From positions 1 to 64,000 of the forward strand of contig CAVTRN010000001.1 in NCBI GenBank assembly GCA_963737155.1: 64,000 nucleotides of DNA, read 5' to 3'. This DNA is from Nitrospirota bacterium (GTDB lineage: Bacteria > Nitrospirota > UBA9217). Below, in pieces: positions 29,349 to 40,150 of this stretch. The stretch's first letter is position 1. Every line of letters starts with the position of its first letter. The translations under genes and the position numbers were made by a program. The notes below the pieces were generated by a model, which worked only from the letters and a program-made list of their open reading frames with translations, did not search any database and was not told where the DNA came from.

Positions 29349-31310
29349 TTATTCTAATGTATAAGCTTCAGCAAGTAATGCCGACATAAAGCCGTGTTCT
29401 CGGGAATCTGGAGTTCCTACTACCATTGCACGGTCAAGGCCTTGGTTGATCGTTTCGCAAGACGTTTCCGGGAGGAGGATGCATGCGTGACATGCTGCTA
29501 AATTGACCAGTCTGGAGCCCTGTCCCCCAAGATATTCGGAGCATACTGGATCAGCCGAGCACCACGAGGCCCGACCGAGGGCACGCTGCATTACTAAGCC
29601 TAGGCGCTCAGGACGACCAAGCCGAACGAGCCCCCCCAAAGTTCCTTCAGAATCACCTGCTGCTGTATAAACGAGGAGGGAAGCCATAGGCGCGGCATGG
29701 TCGGCTGAAATGTAGAGACGTTCGCGTAGCGATGCGCTGCTGTAACCACATTCAAAGACGAGTTGGTTAATGAGAATATGTGCGAGGCTATGCACTAATA
29801 GATACCTGGATGCCCAGTTTCGATTCGCCGCTTCGAGAGGCGGAAGAGTCTGGAAGATGCCAGCGAGACGTGAAATGAAACTGTCATCGAGCCGATTATC
29901 TATCCATGCAGCATGTTCTCTCTGCCATGCGTCAATTTTATTCTCCTGCAACTCGAGATAAATTCCCTCACCGAAAACCTCAACTGCCGGGAGCCAGCGA
30001 TCCTGCGGCTGCACAGGCGGAAATCGAAACATCTGACTCATGGCGGTATCAGGCATGCCCGCAAGTGGGGCAATGTTCTGCTCCAAACGATCAAAGCCAT
30101 AAAATGCACGTGTCTCGCGTAAGCGTTCGACAAGATTAACTTTCGCGATCCATATATCCAGGTTCTCAGGAACGGCAGCGGAAATCACGCGCAAATTGGG
30201 AACATGTACTGGATCATTGACGCTGTTGCGTATAATATTGAACTCAGAACGTCGAAACTGAAGGAGTTCCAGCTCGGGATTCGCTGGAGTAGCGGCACCA
30301 CTGGGAATACTCGCACTCGGGGCGAAAAGACTTTCCAGAGCAGCCTCAACTTGCGCACTTTCATTCGCTATACGACGTGCAGTAAGTCCGGCTTGGATCA
30401 GGGCAACAGTGCCCGTCCGGTTGCCCATATTCCAAAGCGTTCTCGCAACACCTAATGTTCCGGCGTCTTGTTCAATCTCCGTACGCAATCGTGATATGGC
30501 ATCATCTTGAAGACGAATGTCGGGAAGAGCGATAGCAGAGATGGTACGCGGAAAGTAAAGATTTGTCTGGTTGATGAGAGCGCCAATAAGTGGTCGGCTA
30601 CAATTTGATTCAGCAGCCCCTTCTCCAAGCCAAGGTCGATCACCCGGGCAATTAATACCGATCTTTTGAAAGGAGCTCTGCTCACCACTTTGCACATCTG
30701 GCTTCATAGTAGTACCGGCAAGATTCCGCCCCCGTCGGCCGGGAGACCCCTCCGGACAGCTGCGGCATTCTACCTTTATACTTGAAAGTTCTGAACCACC
30801 GCGATCAGTTAAAATCAGGCTGCCATCCCCAGCACACTGGCAACCGATCCACGCTTTCCAGGGAAACTCACAGAGATGCCCGGCATCACAGACAGAAATA
30901 AAGCGCACCGGCTGCCAACGTCCGCCTCCGGGAGGATTCGCAATGCGCGCAGAGTCCAGATTGAAGCGATGCATCTCGCCTGTTTTCGTGTGTCGATACC
31001 AACGGGGAAAGCGTAGTGCGGGTATATAGAGATTTGCATTAGGAGGGGGATTCTCACCGCGCCTTACATGACGATAATCTGGTGGAGAACAAAAACGGTC
31101 CACGTGCAACAGCGCGGACAAGCGAGGTTCGAATCGCTCAAACTCAGTGCGGTCTCTGCAAGCAGTCATCGTCCCAAGGGTTTGGTCCCACTGCATGAAC
31201 CAATGGTCCAATCCAGCAACGACATGAGGTACGCCCCGGCGATCAGTGTAAATGCTTCCCGGACCAAACGGGGCGATAAGCTGACCAATTCTGATTTGCT
31301 TGTTACCCAT
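29349..31310 (-). CDS. drmB: DUF1998 protein, DISARM DrmB-like
   Basis: R.GQLI.PFGPGS, PVRF..VC..GHL.EFPW, HSLAH, CSADPVC, ACHAC..LPETSCE. Confidence 0.9.
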   Translation of the reverse strand: MGNKQIRIGQLIAPFGPGSIYTDRRGVPHVVAGLDHWFMQWDQTLGTMTACRDRTEFERFEPRLSALLHVDRFCSPPDYRHVRRGENPPPNANLYIPALRFPRWYRHTKTGEMHRFNLDSARIANPPGGGRWQPVRFISVCDAGHLCEFPWKAWIGCQCAGDGSLILTDRGGSELSSIKVECRSCPEGSPGRRGRNLAGTTMKPDVQSGEQSSFQKIGINCPGDRPWLGEGAAESNCSRPLIGALINQTNLYFPRTISAIALPDIRLQDDAISRLRTEIEQDAGTLGVARTLWNMGNRTGTVALIQAGLTARRIANESAQVEAALESLFAPSASIPSGAATPANPELELLQFRRSEFNIIRNSVNDPVHVPNLRVISAAVPENLDIWIAKVNLVERLRETRAFYGFDRLEQNIAPLAGMPDTAMSQMFRFPPVQPQDRWLPAVEVFGEGIYLELQENKIDAWQREHAAWIDNRLDDSFISRLAGIFQTLPPLEAANRNWASRYLLVHSLAHILINQLVFECGYSSASLRERLYISADHAAPMASLLVYTAAGDSEGTLGGLVRLGRPERLGLVMQRALGRASWCSADPVCSEYLGGQGSRLVNLAACHACILLPETSCETINQGLDRAMVVGTPDSREHGFMSALLAEAYTLE

Positions 31311-31327
31311 TCTTAGGCTCCATTATT

Positions 31328-34300
31328 CTAAGGTAAATTCTGAGAAGGATCAAGCGGAGTGCCTGACGTCCGATTAATGGGCACCGCTACAGCCGAGTAG
31401 CCTTGGGTGATATTTAGTTCGGCACTGCGGTCTACTTGGCGCATACTGCTTGGCACTACGACACCACGCCGCTTCTGAAGCAAAGTCGCAAACTGCCCTG
31501 GCCACAGCATAAGGTATTCCCCATCCATGGCCGGAGGAAATTCCTCCCACTCTTGTGGATTCTGCTGCCATTTCCATTCCAGCTCGTTTAGAATCCTCTC
31601 CAATTCAGCCAAGGATCGTGACTGATCTTCAGGTGTCTGAACAGTTTGGCAGCGGTCGCAGAGCAGTTGATAGCCAGCTTCAAGAGAGCTTAGGTAAGCA
31701 GAATAATTTTGGACAGACGCGTCTTTGTACTGTCGGGACCAAGCGATCAGAGCGCCCGGCAATCCGCGTTGTATAGCGGACAACGCAAACGGGGTAGCCG
31801 TAGTCGGTTCGACACGTTCGTAGAGGCGACGATGGTAACTGTGGAATTGTTCAAAATGGGAACGGTCGCGGCTTTTTGATGGATTGTATATCATCAGAAC
31901 GAGTCCAGGCCGTTCCCACCATCTGCGACCGATTCGTCCGGTAACCTGAATATAGGTCGCCGTAGTCTTCGGTTGGCCGACAACGCCCATCAGCGAAAGC
32001 CGGTCAATATCCACTCCCACCTCGATAATATTGGAGGCAAGACAGGCGTCAATCGCATCACCATCGTTTGTTCCATTATATGGAGCTGATAGGCGGTCCA
32101 TCATACCCACAATTTCAGCTTGTGAAAGGCGACTTGTAAGTTCCTCTACGATCCGAAGATTTCGTCTTCTGTCAGTGAATCCCTCTCTGTTGAACATGAA
32201 CTTGAGTCTTGACCGAATATCGGAATCGAAAAGAGTCTTAGCTCCGCTAAGTTCACGGATGCTGTTGTAGAAGGCGAGCAAAGTCCACCAAGGATCTCGA
32301 TTTTCAGGAGTGAAGGACCACGGAGCAAACAGTGCTGTTGAGAATGAGCGTACCTGGGTGGTTAGCACTGAGCCGTAGTCGCTTGCATGAATGCCGAGGT
32401 ATAGTCTTCCGTCACGCAGTTGCTTTTGCTCATCCCGTGCATATTCACCAAAAAACGAATCGCCCATCAGCAGACCAGGGTTAGGGAACAACTGAGTTTG
32501 AGGGCGGGCATAGAGAGTCTTCACCTGATCAGCGGCACCGCGAATAGTCGCGGTTGAAGCAATAATTTTCGGCTTAATCCATGAATCATCCTGCTTAATC
32601 GAACACAATCGCTCAAAAACACCCTCATAAAGAGCATACATGGTTCCCAAGGGTCCGGAAATGAGATGCAACTCGTCTTGAATTATAAGACCTGGTGGGT
32701 TGCTTACCTGTTGGAGCACGCCCCCAATAAAGCGCCTACCAAATAATGAACTGGCACCAGGATGAGTTGAATCTCCTGGCCGATAGGAGATCATGGCAAG
32801 CTTATCAGCAGTAGCAATAACAAGCGATGGCGAGTTCCGGTAGATCCTTTCGTCAATTACTTCAACCGGCAAATATTCAAACTCTGCGCCAAAAAAACAA
32901 TCGGGGTCGGGACACTGCAAACGAGGACCTTCTGTCGGATCATCCGTAATCCCCTTCGTCCTGCGCGCATTCCAATCTGCGTCTGACAATCTGGGCCGAA
33001 CCGAAGGCTTCGCTCCATCATACCGCCCAATCTCCGCACGGCACCATGGACACTCAGTCAGCACGAGCGGATTTCCTGCTACAGTACCCCGCCTGAATTC
33101 TGCGATTTCATTTCTGGCTTCTTTGATTTTGTTAGGCGAGCCGTCTCCGCCGATCCATAAGCCAAGTGAAAACAATCTTCCAGGAATATTGCCCATCCCA
33201 TGGTATGCCGGATTACGTCTCAGATATTCCATCGCGCAGATCAAACTAGCAGCTCGCTGAAATTGCTGGGTCGTGAGCATTCTTAAAGTGTAACGCATAA
33301 GTACGTTAGTGCCATCACATCTCGGACCCGTATCTCCATCACCCATCATTAAACGCTCGTGAAACATATAGAAGGCCATTACCGCGAGATAAGCTTCCGT
33401 CTTGCCCCCCCCTGTAGGGAACCAGATCAGATCTACTGTTTCGCGGTCTTCCAGATTATCACAGAGACCATCTAATGACATCAGCAGAAACGCGATCTGA
33501 AATGCGCGCCATGACCCAAGGCGGCTCTCATCTTCGGCTCGATCGTCATAAACGTTCCGCGGGGACCGGTTGCTACCTTGTGGTAGCACAATCCGAAGGC
33601 CCTGATTCCATCCCAATGGTCGCCGGGGCAACTGTTTCGTAGCAATCTGTTGAAGTAGCATGGCTAAATTGGTGAGGCGAAAGGCACGACGGACACCGGC
33701 ATCATTCCTTAGCAGCCTTATTCCTGCGTTGATTCGGTCGAGGCACATCGTACACGCGATAAGATGGCGCTCCGCAACTGCTGCAAGATGCGGTACAAGC
33801 GTACCAGCCTCCTGTAGCTTCAGATTAATCCAAGTGGCGTAACCGGCAGCAAGATCCTCAAGTGACTGCCATGCAGGACCGGCACCTTCATCAGGAAGGG
33901 CTGCTAAATCGCGCATTGAGAGCCTGACCGGATTGCCGTCAACTTTGATCTCAGGCGTCATACTCGGCAATTGAACGGCCGGCAAAACATCTGCGAAGAT
34001 TACTTTAGGCGTCTCCCCGGGTTCGGCGTTCCAACCGGCAGCGCAGCCATGGCCTATGCCCCAAGTAGCTGACTCCCGGTAAAGAAGCGCGAGTGATTGT
34101 TCCTCCGGGTCGAGATGGGCAAACGGTCGCCGGCTTTCGGGATATTTCTCAAACTGACCTCGATGAATATTCACTTCAAAGAATGTTTGGTAAAGAATGA
34201 ATTCACGGGCTTCCTGTTTTCCCGCAGATAATGACGTATTTCGGAGCACGATTGTAAGCAACCAAAGATCATCACGATTCTGAACCTGTCGTGGGAATAA

Positions 34301-35068
34301 CTCTACCCGAAGTTTGAGAGGGCAACCTTCAGGCATTGTGACATCCCTCCGGATGACTTTTCCCGAGATGAATTCTGAACGGGCAAAAGTCAATGAAGTA
34401 TCGGGAATCACAGCCGGGAGTCGACGCCATACAGGAGCCTCCATCGCCCTGCCATCCTCCGCCAGCCATCTCCGTTTGCACAATTCATATCGACCGTTTA
34501 AAGCAAAGGGTGTTGACTCTTCATACTGCCATGAAAATCGTCTGCTCTGGGGTAACCTCACAGTAACCTGGCCATCTTCATCTAAATGTACACAGAACGA
34601 GATTCCAATCGTCGAGGGGTGACGAACATCAGGACTGGTGACCTCGAAGTCATCAGCGGTATCGCCCTCATTCTCGGATAAGCCAAAATTGTTGACATTG
34701 TCATTATCGCCGGAATCAACTCCACCAGCATTTTCAGTAAGACCCTCGTCTAATTCTGGTTCGGTACCTACTTTATCCGTAGCCTGCAAGGCAGCCTGAT
34801 CAGGTGGCATGACGGAACCTGCCTGAATGTTGGCTGGATGAAGAAGTCCCGCACCATATTTTCGATGCGGAGATTCACGCTCAAAATAAAGCACCTCCTG
34901 CAAGTCTGTATCAGGTGACGGTCTCCAAGCAATTGGACCCCGTCGCAAAGGGACGCGATCAGTGAAATCACGGTTTACGAACTCAATCGCGGTTGCCTCG
35001 TTCAGCCGGTATGAAGGTCCTACCAGCTCTCCACGAATCCAGGCAATCATCTCGGATCGTTCTCTCAT
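31328..35068 (-). CDS. drmA: SF2 helicase, DISARM DrmA-like
   Basis: WRAFQ, FPTGGGKTEAY, QDELH, ASTAT, ELTSR, GVDI, QVTGRIGR; ATGA overlap with upstream gene. Confidence 0.9.
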   Translation of the reverse strand: MRERSEMIAWIRGELVGPSYRLNEATAIEFVNRDFTDRVPLRRGPIAWRPSPDTDLQEVLYFERESPHRKYGAGLLHPANIQAGSVMPPDQAALQATDKVGTEPELDEGLTENAGGVDSGDNDNVNNFGLSENEGDTADDFEVTSPDVRHPSTIGISFCVHLDEDGQVTVRLPQSRRFSWQYEESTPFALNGRYELCKRRWLAEDGRAMEAPVWRRLPAVIPDTSLTFARSEFISGKVIRRDVTMPEGCPLKLRVELFPRQVQNRDDLWLLTIVLRNTSLSAGKQEAREFILYQTFFEVNIHRGQFEKYPESRRPFAHLDPEEQSLALLYRESATWGIGHGCAAGWNAEPGETPKVIFADVLPAVQLPSMTPEIKVDGNPVRLSMRDLAALPDEGAGPAWQSLEDLAAGYATWINLKLQEAGTLVPHLAAVAERHLIACTMCLDRINAGIRLLRNDAGVRRAFRLTNLAMLLQQIATKQLPRRPLGWNQGLRIVLPQGSNRSPRNVYDDRAEDESRLGSWRAFQIAFLLMSLDGLCDNLEDRETVDLIWFPTGGGKTEAYLAVMAFYMFHERLMMGDGDTGPRCDGTNVLMRYTLRMLTTQQFQRAASLICAMEYLRRNPAYHGMGNIPGRLFSLGLWIGGDGSPNKIKEARNEIAEFRRGTVAGNPLVLTECPWCRAEIGRYDGAKPSVRPRLSDADWNARRTKGITDDPTEGPRLQCPDPDCFFGAEFEYLPVEVIDERIYRNSPSLVIATADKLAMISYRPGDSTHPGASSLFGRRFIGGVLQQVSNPPGLIIQDELHLISGPLGTMYALYEGVFERLCSIKQDDSWIKPKIIASTATIRGAADQVKTLYARPQTQLFPNPGLLMGDSFFGEYARDEQKQLRDGRLYLGIHASDYGSVLTTQVRSFSTALFAPWSFTPENRDPWWTLLAFYNSIRELSGAKTLFDSDIRSRLKFMFNREGFTDRRRNLRIVEELTSRLSQAEIVGMMDRLSAPYNGTNDGDAIDACLASNIIEVGVDIDRLSLMGVVGQPKTTATYIQVTGRIGRRWWERPGLVLMIYNPSKSRDRSHFEQFHSYHRRLYERVEPTTATPFALSAIQRGLPGALIAWSRQYKDASVQNYSAYLSSLEAGYQLLCDRCQTVQTPEDQSRSLAELERILNELEWKWQQNPQEWEEFPPAMDGEYLMLWPGQFATLLQKRRGVVVPSSMRQVDRSAELNITQGYSAVAVPINRTSGTPLDPSQNLP

Positions 35069-36792
35069 GCATTTGCCTTTCCGGAAAACCAATTGTAGAG
35101 CATTTCCTGTGAATTCTTGTCACACAGAATTCTAACGGATTCTGTGGCACGAGTCAGGCCGGTATAAAATAAATCTCTGTGAAAATCCTGCTCGTCGAGA
35201 ACAACGTCAGTAAGGATAATAATCTTGTTCTCCATACCCTTAAAAGCATGAACGGTTGCGTAAGAGGTAAAATCTCCATCCTGCCACGCCGCACGGAGTT
35301 TATAACCTCCGGCTATCAGTTGTGAAGCAGCACTCGTATGATCAGCCCGAAACGAGAGGAGCGTAATCTCAGATGCCTTGTAGCCTTGCCTCTTGAACTC
35401 TTTAAGCCACTTCCGAAGCATATCCAACTGCGCCAGCTCACTATTATAGAAAAATATGTCGTAGTTCTGAACACCGCCTCCGCCTCGAAGATAACCGGAA
35501 TAGACAGATCCGCTAAGACCAGCAAGCCGAACTGCACTGTCCCCCACGATTCGATAATTTCGACAGTTCTCGGATAGCTTCCACTGTACCGGCCGGGTTG
35601 AGTTGTTAAGGCTGGCCAGGGTCTGGCACATCTGCTCGCGCTCTGCCAAAACTTGATAGTCGAAGTCTCCAAAAAGTGCAAATGCACCTTTGTCCACTCC
35701 ACCTTGAAGAAATTGTACAAGACATTGCCAAAGCCGGGATCTTGCGAGAATATCCTGAGCTTCGTCGAGGACAAGATATTCAAATGTGGCAACAGCCTTG
35801 AAATCCGGGTCTGTGAGACGACCCTCCAGCTCTTGAGGCAATACAATTTCCCAATAATCTTTGGAAGGCTTATTCGGGATATCAATTCCGGTCATTTCAG
35901 CCATAACCTGGATTGTGCGGCCAACAACAAGATTCGGGAGTCTTGGAGTTGTCTGTTCGATCCTTTGTTTTATCCAATCACCGACGAGCTGATTAAAACA
36001 GAGCAAAGCCACTCTACGTCCTTTTTCGGCCGCTCGACGGGCAATCTCCATTGCGATCAGTGTTTTTCCAGTACCTGCTCCTCCGGAAGCGACAATACGC
36101 TCGTTTAACTGGGCAAGCATCAGAACCGGCTTCTGTTGCTCTCTTAGCAAACGGTCCATCTGCTCCTCACGACGGGCAATCTCCTGCCTAGCTTCCGGAC
36201 GATACTTTTGCACAGGCAAGCAATATTTAACAAGAGTGTCAATTTGTTGCTGGGACAGCCCTTTGTCGAGAGGCTTTAGATTTTCATCTGCCGCGATACT
36301 CTGCTCAATTCTAGACTTCAGATCTTTACAAAATGCATCAGCAGCCTCAAATTTCCGAATTGCTCGCGAATCCATGAGCTCCCATGGTTGAACTGCGAGG
36401 TTAGGCGACAAATCAAATGGGGCTAGCGGAAAAATACAGCAATGAACGACAGGAACTCGCTTGAATTGTGGAGAGAGTTCGGAAAGTCGGCGATAAAAAG
36501 TATACCGACCGTCACACGCCTGCTTGAAGGGAGAACGACTGATTGTTTCAGGGTGCCACCGAAAGCCGTCGAAGGAAATGTTTTCATGGGATTTAACTTC
36601 GATGCAAAGAATGCCTCTATCCGGGATAATAACAATAAAATCAATTTCAGTCCGAAGGCCTCGGTTCCACGGTGAAAGGTCAAGGGAATGCAACGCAACC
36701 CAGTCATTCGGCCCAGCTGAGAGCAGATTGAAGACGTATCGCTCGCCTGGAGGTGTTTGTTCATCCATGAAGGATGGAATCAATCGCGCCAT
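35065..36792 (-). CDS. NERD nuclease + SF1 (UvrD-like) helicase fusion
   Basis: EIDF..IEVKS, GGAGTGKT, DEAQD, NCRN, TVHAFKGME, YTGLTRA. Confidence 0.88.
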   Translation of the reverse strand: MARLIPSFMDEQTPPGERYVFNLLSAGPNDWVALHSLDLSPWNRGLRTEIDFIVIIPDRGILCIEVKSHENISFDGFRWHPETISRSPFKQACDGRYTFYRRLSELSPQFKRVPVVHCCIFPLAPFDLSPNLAVQPWELMDSRAIRKFEAADAFCKDLKSRIEQSIAADENLKPLDKGLSQQQIDTLVKYCLPVQKYRPEARQEIARREEQMDRLLREQQKPVLMLAQLNERIVASGGAGTGKTLIAMEIARRAAEKGRRVALLCFNQLVGDWIKQRIEQTTPRLPNLVVGRTIQVMAEMTGIDIPNKPSKDYWEIVLPQELEGRLTDPDFKAVATFEYLVLDEAQDILARSRLWQCLVQFLQGGVDKGAFALFGDFDYQVLAEREQMCQTLASLNNSTRPVQWKLSENCRNYRIVGDSAVRLAGLSGSVYSGYLRGGGGVQNYDIFFYNSELAQLDMLRKWLKEFKRQGYKASEITLLSFRADHTSAASQLIAGGYKLRAAWQDGDFTSYATVHAFKGMENKIIILTDVVLDEQDFHRDLFYTGLTRATESVRILCDKNSQEMLYNWFSGKANA

Positions 36793-38390
36793 TGGTCTAT
36801 CAGATCCAGTTCACGGACGACTTTGAGTTCTGTTCCAGGAGCGCTGAAGCCCTCCTCGATTCCCTGTACCCTAAGAAAAAACAACAAGAAGCCTTTTATG
36901 CCACTGACTGCAGGTATAGCCAAATTGAAACCCACGCTCGCGACAGCTTTCTGCCGAATTTCAGGAAGTAGCGACCTGAGAATCGTCATCAGGTGTTCTT
37001 CAACACTCTCCTGCTCCTGGAAACCTGCATGGATAGCTTCGCCCCTGGACCGGCGTACTTCATTCCATGCAAGCTTATAAAATGGAATTCTGGTATTCTG
37101 CTTATTGTTTTCATCGTGGCCATCGATCCCCAGCACAGCCAGAAGAATCTTGAAGTGCTCTAGTTGCTGCGGAGCATGTATAACAGTGCTGGGTGGTTTA
37201 CACCAATGTCGGATAGCGTAATCCAGATAGACCAAATCGAGGCCGTTATTCCGGAGACGTCCGATTAAACCCGAGGGATCTGCCTTCCATTCAATTTCCA
37301 ATCGTGTCTTCCATATTTTGCTATAATAACCGTGTTCGGCTTGCAGTCCTCCGAGTTCTACATCATCCAGAACGGGGATGATAATAAACATGCCTTCAAA
37401 AAGCTTTTCGCCGGGTATTCTGAGATCGACGGATTCATCTGTTGCCGTATTTGGGTCGAAACTCAAAACCTGAGAATGCGGCGGATAAAGGATCCCGTGT
37501 TCCTCATCGATTTGAATAAGTTTGGCACGTCGTTTCTCTTGCTGGGAATTTACTTCTTTGAAGACCGCTAACTCATCTGACTCTGGAGTATATATTTCAG
37601 CATCATAAGGATCTTCACCCAACCGAGTAGAACGGGTAGTCCAACCAACGGGGCCGCTTTCGCTACCTTGAGCAGCCGCAGGCTGTCCTTCATTAGGCGA
37701 TGAGACCGGATCATATCCGAAACTCGCATCATTACCGCACCCTGACCAGACAATTTGAACGAGCGTACTGAAGCGAGGCGCGGTAAGGAGAGCATCAGGA
37801 GCCGAACCCCAACCGTAAGGACGAAGGGGACCTATCTTTATCAACACGTCGAATGGGGAGGTCTCACGGTAATCCCGCAACGAGTGCAGAAAATCTGTTT
37901 CTGAAAGTGGAGGATTCTCGGGAGGAACGAGGATCGACTCAAAATGTGATTGTGCGCGACGGTGGCAGTAGATTTTGAAAGTACGCCCCTGGGATCGTAG
38001 TTCACGAATGGTTGATCGAAATCTCTGGCGGATAGGATTCTCACTTGATGGAAGATCTTCCAGCGCTCGTAACACTATATCGTATAGTAACCTTATATCG
38101 GCCCCCCAGCGGTTTTGAACGGCATCAGCTTGTCCGAGAAAAGTTGCTACGTTATCAAATATCGAACGATCGAAGGTTACCGGAACGGTGAGCCACTCGG
38201 ACAGTAACGTCCTAAGTCTGTCGGAGACTTCAAGAGCAACCCGGTCGTCTGAATCACGCAACTTTAACACAATTTGACGCAAACCGCGACGCAGTTGCCC
38301 GAAGCTGGCAGAGGCAACCTCACACCGTTCTACTGTATAAATCTCCTGCCTTTCAAGGAAATCGAAAATTTGCGACGCGGCAATCGACAT
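36780..38390 (-). CDS. Hypothetical protein (possible DrmE-like C-terminal part)
   Basis: ~536 aa, overlaps both neighbours; WK..L...IRHW...HAP...W..VRR pattern. Confidence 0.6.
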   Translation of the reverse strand: MSIAASQIFDFLERQEIYTVERCEVASASFGQLRRGLRQIVLKLRDSDDRVALEVSDRLRTLLSEWLTVPVTFDRSIFDNVATFLGQADAVQNRWGADIRLLYDIVLRALEDLPSSENPIRQRFRSTIRELRSQGRTFKIYCHRRAQSHFESILVPPENPPLSETDFLHSLRDYRETSPFDVLIKIGPLRPYGWGSAPDALLTAPRFSTLVQIVWSGCGNDASFGYDPVSSPNEGQPAAAQGSESGPVGWTTRSTRLGEDPYDAEIYTPESDELAVFKEVNSQQEKRRAKLIQIDEEHGILYPPHSQVLSFDPNTATDESVDLRIPGEKLFEGMFIIIPVLDDVELGGLQAEHGYYSKIWKTRLEIEWKADPSGLIGRLRNNGLDLVYLDYAIRHWCKPPSTVIHAPQQLEHFKILLAVLGIDGHDENNKQNTRIPFYKLAWNEVRRSRGEAIHAGFQEQESVEEHLMTILRSLLPEIRQKAVASVGFNLAIPAVSGIKGFLLFFLRVQGIEEGFSAPGTELKVVRELDLIDQWRD

Positions 38391-39406
38391 CAACCTGTTC
38401 TCCTTTTAAGAATCAAAACTTTGACGCTATAAGGCAAAGCGGGAAGGCGGGCAAACATCTCACGATCTTCAATATACCACTGACGCAAACCTGCTATTTT
38501 GTTCCCAAGGGCCTCCAAATCGTTGCGTTCGATAGTCCGGTGAAACACCCCGACGATGTCAGATCGTTGAAATTTTGAATCGCCAATGACCTTCAGGAAT
38601 GATGCATTACCATCAGCGACGACCAAAGCCGGAGCAGATGCACCACGGTCAACCTGTTCTGTCCTCGCATTAAAAAAGGTAATGCGGGAAGCAAGGCTGG
38701 ATTTTGACCATCCATGAATAGTCAGGAGTGACGCGAGGTTATGCTCTCCAAGCGTAGAGCGAAAACGGATTGAGGTGCACACTTCGCGGGTTGCGTTTTC
38801 ACCGGTGGCTCGGCCAGAAAGGCAAAGACCCGAAAATGATCTTCTGAGGTTATCCGGATTTATTTTCGCCATCTCAATAATTTGAGAATATGCGTCCTCC
38901 GGTAAAACACCCTGATCATTACTTAATTGAATTGGAGGCTCTCCGTCTATTTGCCAATCGATCGAATGTCGGGGATCTTGCCACCACGTTCCACCTTGGT
39001 TCGAGTACACGAGGTGTCGCTGCCGCAAATCGGTTTGTTCCGATATTTTATAGCGCCTTCGACCTTGATGCCGCACCCAGCCAGTCGCTTCAGAAGCAAA
39101 GCCACATCCAATTCTCTCCGGATGGCAGCGACTTGAACAGTCCTGACAATAGTTGAGATACTGACGCGCATATCTAAGGAGCGCATCAAAGTGTCCATCT
39201 ATATCATTTGCATCAGGATTCCCTAAATCTCTTATAAGAGCACCAAACGTAACAAGACCGGCCGCAGCCGAGTCGCACGGCATAGAAATAAGAGCAATTC
39301 TCCGCGGTTCTGAAACATGTGCCGGCCAAACATAGCCAAATTGAATCAAAAATCTAACCCATGTTGGAATTGGCCGCCACTGTAGATTGGATTCAACAAA
39401 TAACAT
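38390..39406 (-). CDS. Hypothetical protein, first gene of the DISARM-like operon
   Basis: 338 aa, CxxC..C..C cluster, TGATG coupling to next gene. Confidence 0.65.
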   Translation of the reverse strand: MLFVESNLQWRPIPTWVRFLIQFGYVWPAHVSEPRRIALISMPCDSAAAGLVTFGALIRDLGNPDANDIDGHFDALLRYARQYLNYCQDCSSRCHPERIGCGFASEATGWVRHQGRRRYKISEQTDLRQRHLVYSNQGGTWWQDPRHSIDWQIDGEPPIQLSNDQGVLPEDAYSQIIEMAKINPDNLRRSFSGLCLSGRATGENATREVCTSIRFRSTLGEHNLASLLTIHGWSKSSLASRITFFNARTEQVDRGASAPALVVADGNASFLKVIGDSKFQRSDIVGVFHRTIERNDLEALGNKIAGLRQWYIEDREMFARLPALPYSVKVLILKRRTG

Positions 39407-40150
39407 AGGCCTTAAGGACCGATAAAATATTGAAATTCATCAACTGCTCATTTACGATTGCTAGGCCAAGATACAATGATGTTCATTTTAGAAATCCGAG
39501 ATGTTATCTCGCAATTTTTTCTATCATGTGGTGGAACTGCATTCCCTATTTGCCTTTATGCCTCAGTTCTGGCGTGCCCTTCTTTAGCACCCTCAAAATA
39601 ATAGTCATCGGGTATCGTGCTGCTTCCCGAACAGATATTGACCGGTTCTGTTCTACGTCAGTACGGATATAATAATGGCCGGTCTTTAGCGATGTGCGCT
39701 ACTACTGTGTGCGAGTAAGGCATGTCATCGGCGAACACTTCGAATCTGTCGTGGAAAGATTCTCTGTTACTATGCGTTTTCTGTTTCGCGGGAAGGTCAT
39801 TATAGTTAAGACGTTCCACCATGTTATAAGAGGTTGCTTTATCGAGAACTAGTTTAGATAAAAGCACCGATATGAATCGTTGTCAATGTTTCAGAATAGA
39901 ATATTTATATGGTAGAAGCAAATATGTTACATTATATTACATTTGGGAGTAAAAAGACAGGTTCGCCTACTGGGCCTTACTTTAAAGGTTATATATATCC
40001 TCTTCTCCGCTTGATAGTGAGTATGAAGTTTCACAAGATCGTTTGAGGGATAAAGTGCGTATAAAAATCATTATCCGTGGCCTAGCCTCGTCTTTTTTTC
40101 ATATACTCGATTATCTGTTCCTCTAAAAATTTTTTTATTTTACCATCCTG

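Noticed and set aside
39430-40140. Short ORFs between the REase and the DISARM-like operon
   Set aside because: No RBS or motif support; treated as intergenic, though an RNA or decayed gene cannot be excluded.
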